DNA of 64,000 nt from assembly GCA_051294375.1 (NCBI GenBank), contig CM119265.1, positions 10,236,684 to 10,300,683 on the forward strand, in the 5' to 3' direction. Shown here one piece after another: positions 54,665 to 64,000 of this stretch. The stretch is from Paraspadella gotoi. Taxonomy: Eukaryota; Animalia; Chaetognatha. Numbering within the stretch: the stretch's first letter is position 1; every line of letters begins with the position of its first letter. A program made the translations under genes and the position numbers. Below the pieces are notes generated by a model, which worked only from the letters and a program-made list of their open reading frames with translations, was not told where the DNA came from and ran no database searches.

Positions 54665-57563
54665 GGAATATTAATTCTATATCGGTCCGCCTCGCCACGA
54701 AATGCCCTTTTGTTCGCGCTAGTCGATAGATCGCGCGTTTATCAGAGTAAGAAAAACGAACAAAATAACATCGATAGATGAAAAAAAGAAAATCCAGGGG
54801 GAAGCCGTCACGTGACCGGCCTCGACCAATGGGAGCCCGGCAAATCCCAAGCCGGCTCCCTCCCTCATCCGGGTATACGAAAGCCTCAAACGTCCCTAGA
54901 AGGTCCCGGAGGGGCGCCCCACGCGACGTCCCTGCAGTGGAAACGGAAGAAGGTCTGCGCTCCAGACCAATCTCCTGCGCGTAAGATGACGCCGAGATCC
55001 ACGCCGCGAGCGAAAGCTTCTGAAACCGCCATAGCGTGTGTCGACCCCGGGGCGCAGAAGCATCTGCCTCCAAAAAGAGCTCCTTGAGAATGGAGGCGAA
55101 ACGCTGCGTCGAGAGTTGACGAAAAGGCGGCGCGGGGGTGCAGAAAAGAAAATCGTGCGGCGGCGCCAATTCCGAACGAAGAGAGAGCCAGTTGCGCAGC
55201 GCCTGAACCGGGCGACGATCCGAGAGCGGCAGCGAATCGAGACGGAACGCCGGAGCCGGACCCCATCGTTCGTCGTCCGAGCCGCTGTCGCTCCTTTGGA
55301 GACGTCGATGCGACTTAAACGGGACATGATCCGTCCGCTAAGGAGAGAGTCCATGGCCCGTTCGCAACGGAAGAGAAACGATCTCTGAGCGGAGCGGGCG
55401 AGGGGATATGCCGCGGTGCGTCAGCTGGCGGGGATCGGCGTGGAAGCCAAAGGCGACGTAACGCATGGAGGAGATGTACGTCGAGAGAGAAGCATCCCTC
55501 GGCGCAATCGGAAGTGGCGGCCGGAAGTCGGAGAAGCGGCGGTAAAACGCGAGGCGCGCCGCAGTTCGCACAAAAGATGTCGCAGTGGAGACCGTCTCGT
55601 GCGAAAAAAGCCCCTTAGAGAAGACCCGAACCCGGAAGGTGCTTCCAAGCGCGCCGCGCGCGCGCGCGGCGCTGCCCTTCCCGAGGACGAGAGGTCGGCG
55701 TGAAAACTGGCAACGGCCGGAGTCTGTGGGTTCAGATAGTGGCTGCTGACGAGAGGGCGCGCTGTCGTCGCACGAAAGAGACAGACACCCAGCGTACGCA
55801 GACGTCTGCTAGAGACGCGGTTAGATGTGGCCTCGGAGACTTCTCGTCACGCCGTGTAAGAATCGGCGAGGAAGAAGAGTAAGAGCCTCGCGCGCGCAGC
55901 GTCCGTTGCGTGGATCATCTCGTGTAGAACCGTCTCGAGCCGGTGTCACAATGACGAAAAGTGGAGTCTCGCGGATGTCGTGGGAGTGTCGACGCGCGCG
56001 CCTAAAGAGTCGCCTCTGCAACGACGACTTGGAATTGATCCGCTTGATGTGGCGGCGGTAACCGTGAGTCGCGACGGCGGGGCGGTCGACGACGAGGTGC
56101 GCTTGGGCGCCGGTGAAGACGCGTCACGGTCCCAGATCCGAGCGGAAGGAGGGCTCGAAAACCACTGCTGAGCTGGCCCCCCAAAAGGGTCGGGTGATCA
56201 GGAGGAAGACGCCTTCCGCCTTCGTCCAAACTTGCGGGGAGAGCACCATCATCAACATGAGGAGGAGGGAAGGAGAGACGCCCCAGGGTCGAAAGTCCCC
56301 CAGCGGTTGCGCCAACGGGGCGTCTACTTTCCCTCCGCCGCGTCCTGGCGCCGTTCGGCCGTCGCCAGGCGAAGAAGCGTAAACTGTGGAGCGAACTAGG
56401 CGCCGTGTCCGCGAAAGATCGTATGGCTGGGTCCAGCCGAATCGGTCGACCAAGTAGGACGAAACGCATTCGTCGGAGGAAGGCTCGCAGGTCCGCCACC
56501 TTGCCGCCGCTCTGCGCGACGCGGCGCATGCCCGTTGATGAGGTTCTCTCTGCGGAAGACAGGTGTTACTTCCTGCGGAGAGAGCGGCCAGGCATCCTCC
56601 GCAAACGAAAGGCTAGGCAGAAGGTTTCCCTGACAGCCTCGTGGGAGAAAGCTTGCGAACCGCTGCTGGCAGCCCCCCGCCGCGTCGCGAAGGCCAGACG
56701 GCAGCAGAGACTGGAGGGCTGTCCCGTCCTTCATAGTGATGATGTGCCGCCGGCGAAAGAAGCCCCGAAGCGTTGGAGGAACATCCTCCAGCGACCGTGA
56801 ACTCCTTCACATTGATCATTCGGGAGAGGGGCCATCTGCATCCCGGACCCAGCGGTTCCCCCTCGTCAGCGAGCCTTGATGCATAAGGATCCCCCCAACC
56901 CCTGAGAGGAGGCCTCCGTCGTGCACCATCCCCAACGTGTGCAAGACTCCTCCCGGCAGGAGATCGTATCGATCGGATGCGAGCCACTGATCCGCCAGAA
57001 AAGAGCTGCGCTCCACCCGTAGCTCTCCAGTCCGCTGCCGATCGGACCCGGTGGTCGAGGGTCCTTCTCGACTTTGTAGATCGCTTGACGTCGGCCCGCG
57101 TTAATCCTCGAACGACCCAGCGCAACCAGCGACGCCATCGATGCCCGCGTCGAAATGCGAGGGCTGCAGAACTTGACAGCTAGTAGTGTGGTGAATCGTC
57201 GACAGAAGAGCATTTCCCAAGAGAACGGAGGGTCGTAGCCTTCGGTCTCCGAGCGAGGCAATGAGTGAGAGACTTCCCAAAGCCGAACGGAAATGCGAGA
57301 CGCCTGAGAGGTCAGGCCCTCGCTTTGGAGATGGATGAGCGAACCGCCGCCTCCTGTGAGCCCAAACTGCTTTCTGAGTGGTCTCGTCGAGCAGTGCGTT
57401 CGCGCCGAAGCCCAGATCAGATGTCGTTCTATGTGTAGAACAGGCATTCGGTATCCCTTGTTGAGAGCATCTGAACCCAATGGTCTGCGTGCGTCTTTGG
57501 TGAAAGATCTAAGGACCCGTCGACAGCCGGAATGGAAGAGCGAGTGCTGCTGCTGCGTTTGTG
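54665..57563 (-). mobile_element. DIRS-type tyrosine-recombinase retrotransposon, heavily frameshifted
   Basis: In minus-strand order: RNase H remnants (ASSQG.GG, INVKE), Dam-like methyltransferase remnants (VDAPLAQ...FLLITRPFWG), then the recombinase C-terminus (LFCTPAPPFRQLSTQRFASILKE...GVDLGVILRAGDWSGAQTFFRFHCR). Confidence 0.8.
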
Positions 57564-57663
57564 NNNNNNNNNNNNNNNNNNNNNNNNNNNNNNNNNNNNN
57601 NNNNNNNNNNNNNNNNNNNNNNNNNNNNNNNNNNNNNNNNNNNNNNNNNNNNNNNNNNNNNNN

Positions 57664-60600
57664 TATATTTAGGTATTATTAGTTAAGACTAGTTAATTTT
57701 ACATTCAAACATTTTTTCGTAAATATTAGTTAATTAGTTAAATTTAAAATTAGAATTTAGAATTTATTTATAATGTAAAATAAAAAAAAAGGTAAACTTT
57801 GCTCGATAGTGGCTCTGCCACGGTAAATATCGGGGGAAGTACAAAGGAACCGCGGGGAGATTAGAACTTGTCGCGGGCAAACTTTGCCGTTTGGGGACTT
57901 TAACCCATCGGTGAAGTAGTAAGGGAGAAACTGAGTGTTATAAAATCTGAATTCCCCCTTTCTAGATTAACGACATTCAGTGAAAAATACATATAAACAA
58001 ATTGCCAAAATATTCCCTCGTGGTTTTCTTCGCCCTTCGCCAAATTCAACGGATTTTTCCAAAGGTTAGCGACCATGGATAGTTTAAGGGAAGATAGTGA
58101 GAAAGTTTCAGAGAGGGATTTTAGACGTTTTTTGGTTGAATTAAAACAAGTTTTAGATAGTTTTAGTTCGTGTTATCAATCGTATTTGTCTGACCAAACC
58201 TCAGCAAACTTGCGTGAGACTCTAGAAACGCGCGAAAGCCTCGTTGATTCTCTTAAGGATCTGTCGGCGGGCTCCTAAACCGTCCAGACTTGAAAACGGG
58301 GCGCGCGGAAAGTCTCTTGCGTGAGGCTGAGGAGGTCCTATTACGTTGTCCAATTACTGGTTTTCCCGTAGTCCCTGACCTGAACCCCTTGAAACGAGCG
58401 TCCGCGATAGGCCGGTTGAACCATGCTGTGATAATCCTGTAATTAATCCGGTTCCCGTAACTAATTCAGTTCCTGTAACTAATCAGTCCCTGTGACTAAT
58501 CCGGTTCCTATAAACGTGTCCGCCGCCGCGGTTGTCGACAAAAATAATTCTATCGCTCCCTCCGTCTGTCCCGAATCCAACCCACTCCCAACCCCCGCCC
58601 ACGTATCCAGATGGGTCGAAGAGGCAGCAGCAAACTCCGGGAGGGCATCGTCCATCGACTCTTTCGAAAATTCGCGGGACGAGGATGATCGCCAATCGGG
58701 AACGACGTCGTCCGAATCCGGTACCTCAAGGCCGTTACGAGATGCGCAGCGGGACCGACTGATTAAAAAAGGTAAAGTAGAAGATCGATTACGCAATTTT
58801 CGACGGAAATTGAAATCATGGAGAATAATTTTCAAGCGGACAAAACATGAAAATAACTGAACTAAATTTAGCTCGTGACGAGATGGAGAGGTTGGAAAGG
58901 GAAGCTGAAATAGAAAGGATTGATATTGAAAGCCAGTATGAAGAAAACGTTGAGATTCTAGAAGTCAATGTCTCTCTAATCAGGAACGACACGGAGCCGA
59001 AGAAACTCGGAGGGACGCGCGATCTACGCCCGCTACGGAGGGACCCGTTTCCATGGCGACGCCTTTTGCCGCCGAATCAATCGGCTGATCCCGTTCGAAA
59101 GAAAAATCGTCTCACGGAGAACCGGCCCGGGCCCGTCGCCATGACGACGACGACGCCGTCTCATTCCAGTTCAGCGGGAAATCGTTTGAGAGTCGATGCG
59201 GAGCGGCTGTTCCAGCGACGGCGTGTTTGAACGCGCCGCGGCGTGTGACTCGGGCCAACCCAGCGTTAAATGCAGCCATTTCAAAAACATCGGCGCCGAA
59301 GGAGTCAATTCCAGCGCCGATTAATACCGTTTCAAATCCTCGTACCTTACCTGTCACCTCTCATATTAATACCCATTCTATCATGTCTATTTTTCCTGCG
59401 GAATTACAAAGCGAAAACCACTTGTCAAAAAATAATTCTAATGGGAAGGGTGAAGGGCAAAACAAAGTTCATTTTGAGTCGCCGCGTCGCCAGTTATCCG
59501 TTGCCAGTTTACCAATTGCCTTCGAATTTTTGGCCCTTGTCCTTGCCTTGTTCAAGACAGTCAGAAAATATATTGTCAGTTATTCAAGCGGCAGTAGTGC
59601 AGGCTATAACGCCGTTGTTTGCGTCTCAAAGTGTCGTCGCGCCGCCGATCATGTTGTCCCCGTTGGTCCCGTCGGAAAATCGCGAATCCACTTCAATTGT
59701 TCCACCTTCGACGACGCAAGTTGCCGTTTCGTCTCCGACGTCAGTGCCTNNNNNNNNNNGTCCCGAAACCGCGGTGGACTTGACGATTCCGAAAATCACT
59801 GTTCCTTCAGAACCACCCTTACCCCAACCACCACCCTCGATGCAGGACCAAGCAAAAAAGCAGGTTTTTAATGAGAAGAATAGTTTAAATCAAAATAAAT
59901 GCATTTCGAATGTTTTGAATANNNNNNNNNNTCAACTTAGTGATGACGAGGAATCTGTCTACTCCGACAACACGCATCGCGTAGGATCGATCGCCGCACC
60001 TTCGCCGGAAGACGCGTCCATTAGCTCACTATGCGCTATCCCACTGCATGCAACAAGCTTTCTCATTGATGCGGCAAAAAAGACCAAAGCTCAAGTTCTC
60101 TGGGAGGGATCGCCGAGTCGATTTCGACAATCAACTAGCTCTCTTCAACACCCTCTACAGTATTCCGGGAATCACTAACGAAATGCTGGTAGGAGAATAT
60201 TTGCCGGGTGACGCACTCATAATCATATTCAGCAAGTATGAGTTGGTGGCGAGTTGATTATGCGAGATCGTTTAAAAAAGATTAAGAAGCATTGAGAAGT
60301 TTCGTTTGGNNNNNNNNNNNNNNNNNNNNNNNNNNNNNNNNNNNNNNNNNNNNNNNNNNNNNNNNNNNNNNNNNNNNNNNNNNNNNNNNNNNNNNNNNNN
60401 NNNNNNNNNNNNNNNNNNNNNNNNNNNNNNNNNNNNNNNNNNNNAGATGGAATGGTTGGAGAGAGAGACGGACGATGAAGATGACGAGTGTGATCTTGAT
60501 CCTACCTTTGAGACATTTATAAAATTTCTCAAATACANNNNNNNNNNNNNNNNNNNNNNNNNNNNNNNNNNNNNNNNNNNNNNNNNNNNNNNNNNNNNNN

Positions 60601-63600
60601 NNNNNNNNNNNNNNNNNNNNNNNNNNNNNNNNNNNNNNNNNNNNNNNNNNNNNNNNNNNNNNNNNNNNNNNNNNNNNNNNNNNNNNNNNNNNNNNNNNNN
60701 TCGCAGCCGTAGCAACAAAGCCGACGAAATCCACAACAATGACGAAAAGCCAGAATTCGACATCAAACACAAACCCAAAGTTTCCCCATCCCAACGCCAA
60801 TCCCACGACGCACGCCCCAAGGACTCCGTCAACAGCCATATGTTACATGTGCGGCGTGAATCATCGGCTGGAGACCTGCAGAAAATATCTCAATCTCGGG
60901 ATCGACAAAAGGTGGGATGTTATTAAGAAAAATAGCTTGTGCCATGTTTGTCTGAGGCGAGGCCACATTACGAAAGACTGCAGAAGTTTATTAGGCTGTC
61001 GAAAGTGCGCAGGTCGGCATCATGTCTCCGTTCATGCAGAGACGTCGATCGCAAATTCATCTTGACTTGCANNNNNNNNNNCCGTCACAGGGACATTTCG
61101 TCCCATCGTTCCCGTTATTATCGCGAACGGAAATAAATCAGTGACGTACGCGCTTCTCGACTCAGGAGCAAACTCGTTCCGCAGTCGCACTTCTATCGTC
61201 AACAAACTAAATTTAATCCGTATACGCTATTTACTAATCTTACTACATATGATGCAACTTCGCAAATATGGCGAGATTTCGTTGATTTTGAGTTAAAGAA
61301 ATTATACATAACACTTATTCAATAAAAATTAAAAAGGCTATCGTCGGCAAAATTCTGACCTGTGAGAGCGACAAACCAGTAAAAAATAAGGATATAAGTG
61401 ATTATGATTACATGCAAGGAGTTCAATTTGTCGAGCTGAAACATGATAATATTGATTTAATTCTAGCGAAAAGCCCAGAATTCGACATCAAAACACAACC
61501 CAAAGTTTCCCTCCCAACGCCAATCCCCACGACGCACGCCCCAAGGACTCCGTCAACAGCCTATGTTACATGTGCGGCGTGAATCATCGGCTGGAGACCT
61601 GCAGAAAAATATCTCAATCTCGGGATCGAAAAAGTGGGATGTCTATTAAGAAAAATAGCTTGTGCCATGTTTGTCTGAGGCGAGGCCACATTACGAAAGA
61701 CTGCAGAAGTTTATTAGGCTTCGAAAATGCGCAGGTCGCATCATGTCTCCGTTCATGCAGAGACGTCGATCGCAAATTCATCTTGACTTGCAGCCGCGTA
61801 CGCCGTCACAGGACATTTCGTCCCATGTTCCCGTTATTATCCGCGAACGGAAATAAATCAGTGACGTACGCGCTTCTCGACTCAGGAGCAAACTCGTTCC
61901 GCAGTCGCACTTCTATCGTCAACAAACTAAATTTAATCCGTATACGCTATTTACTAATCTTACTACATATGATGCAACTTCGCAAATATGGCGAGATTTC
62001 GTTGATTTTGAGTTAAAGAAATTATACATAACACTTATTCAATAAAAATTAAAAATGCTATCGTCGGCAAAATTCTGACCGTGAGAGCGACAAACCAGTA
62101 AAAAATAGGATATAAGTGATTATGATTACATGCAAGGAGTTCAATTTGTCAGCTGAAACATGATAATATGATTTAATTCATAGATGCAAGCCTCGCCTCG
62201 GAGTGGATCGGAGGGGCCGACGCGAATCGNNNNNNNNNNNNNNNNNNNNNNNNNGACCGCCGGGTCTCCCCACAGCCCTACTCACTACATTCGGTTGGAC
62301 CCTCATCGGGCCAAGTGAAAACAGACGCCAAGGANNNNNNNNNNTTAGTTGCCTTGACGCCAATCCCTCAGGTTTGGAAGAGCTTGAATTTCAAATCTCA
62401 AAACTAGAAAAAATGGATTTCTTAATGAAAGAATCCGAGCATTATTCTTCTGAAGTGAGTCACCCGTCTGCATTAGATCAATATGCAATAGAGCAGCTCG
62501 AATCTGGAACTTTCTTTAATTCGTCTACAGGTCATTACAGCGCTCCTACGCCATGGAAAAGGGGACGAGAAACGACGGCAAAGGAGTTCAAGAAAATAAG
62601 GGAGGCAACGATCGCGAACGCCAAAAGAAGAGCGATCAAAACCGCGGAGAAATTAGCAAAAGATCCAATTTTAAAGAAAGGAGTCTTCGAGACGATGCGC
62701 GAAAATATGGAGGTTGGTTTCTCAAGCAAAGTTGAAATTGAGAATTTAAACGGGGAATTCCCAGAATATTATACTCCGTTACATATAGTTACGCGCCCTG
62801 ATAAGCCCGGCAAGTTTCGTATCTGTCAGGACGCAGCCTCAAAAACGAGAGGCACATTTTTGAATCAGCATCTGATAGCTGGGCCTGATAACTTAACCCC
62901 CTTATTGGGCGTATTGATGAGATTTCGGAGGAAGAGAGTAACGTTGTCAGCAGACATTAAGGGTTTTTTCCATCAAATTGAGATTAACCCGGCCGATCGA
63001 GGCGCATTCAGATTTTTCTGGTACAGTGACGAGAGTATGACAAAACTCGAAACTCATCAGTCTAATGTTCATATTTTTGGCGGCTCCGGAAGCCCAGGTG
63101 TCGCCAACTGGGTGATAAAATACCATATGAAGAAAATTAAAGACGAAGTCTCACTTGAAGCTTTCCTTTCTATCTTCCTTCAGCTCTACATGGACGACCT
63201 ACTGGATTCGCTCGACACACCACAAGAAGCTCAGCGGCTGAGATTGGAACTCATTGACGCGCTCAAACGTGGCGGTTTTGAATTATGCAAATTTAAAAGT
63301 TCGGACCCACGAGTCCTCAAAGATGATCTCATTTCAAACGACGTGCCTCCAGCACCCCCTCAAGATACGGACGAGCTCGTCGACGATCTGGAAAAGATGG
63401 CCGAGAATGCTCTTCCTGAAAGTCCGATGGTGGAAGACCATACAAGTAAAATTTTGGGAGTAGGGTTCAACTCAGAAAAAGATATATTTTTTGTCCGCAT
63501 AACTGAAAGGGCAAGAAAGGAGGCAATCAGTAGACGAGATTTTCTCAAACTGGTCGCAAGTGTTTATGATCCACTTGGGTTCGTTGCTCCATATATCCTT

Positions 63601-64000
63601 AAGGGAAGGGCTTATTTTCAAAAGGCGACGAATGATAAACTTACCTGGGACGAGAAAGTCCCGGAAGAGCTTTTTAAAAAGTTTGACAAATGGAGGAGAG
63701 AAATGGAAGGACTTAAGAGATTTACCTTTCCCCGATGGACCTCCATTTTGGGTTTAAATGTTGCAAAGACGCAATTAATCATTTTCGCTGACGCATCTTC
63801 AACAGGTTATGGGATTGTTTCATATTTGAAAAAGATGAACGAAACTGAAGATGAATGTCACATTTCGTTATTTTATGCAAAATCTCATGTCGTTCCATTG
63901 CAAATGCAGAGAACGCTGGTCCCAGGCCAAGAGGACCACTTAGAAAGCATGCCACGATTAGAATTAAACGCGGCAAGGCTCGCGGCTCAAGCCAGAGATA
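57664..64000 (+). mobile_element. BEL/Pao LTR retrotransposon (probable 5' LTR remnant, gag, protease, RT, RNase H; continues past the right edge)
   Basis: Triple zinc knuckle CYMCGVNHRLETC / CHVCLRRGHITKDC / CRKCAGRHHVSVH (~60840-61035), protease ALLDSGA, RT KFRICQDAA...ADIKGFFHQI...YMDD (63187-63198), RNase H IFADASSTGYG...AKSHVVP...MPRLELNAA. Confidence 0.93.
61467..62182 (+). repeat. Tandem indel-rich duplicate of 60744-61464 within the BEL element
   Basis: Zinc-knuckle/protease segment repeated with single-base indels. Confidence 0.9.

Overview
AT-rich, intron-containing eukaryotic (metazoan-like, probably invertebrate) genomic DNA with several N gaps. Left half, all on the minus strand: a divergent M14B carboxypeptidase paralog that has lost key active-site residues (runs off the left edge), a GABP-beta ankyrin gene, an intact CPM-like carboxypeptidase, and a small 4-exon gene that appears to encode two TDP-43 N-terminal-like domains with no RRM. 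Four tRNA-Ala genes lie on the plus strand. Introns and intergenic DNA carry many short repeats, including at least five minimal type I hammerhead ribozyme motifs with covarying stem II inside short fold-back elements resembling Penelope-like pLTRs, Helentron-type non-autonomous elements and a TA-flanked MITE. 30.8-40.8 kb holds an orphan ~852-aa gene and a decayed DEDDy-exonuclease-like ORF, and is repeated at 41.4-51.6 kb as an indel-riddled copy (likely an assembly artefact). The right end has the 3' exons of LRWD1, whose upstream intron holds a MITE fragment, a decayed DIRS element and a BEL/Pao LTR retrotransposon. All gene models were spliced by eye and family calls come from recalled motifs, not database searches.
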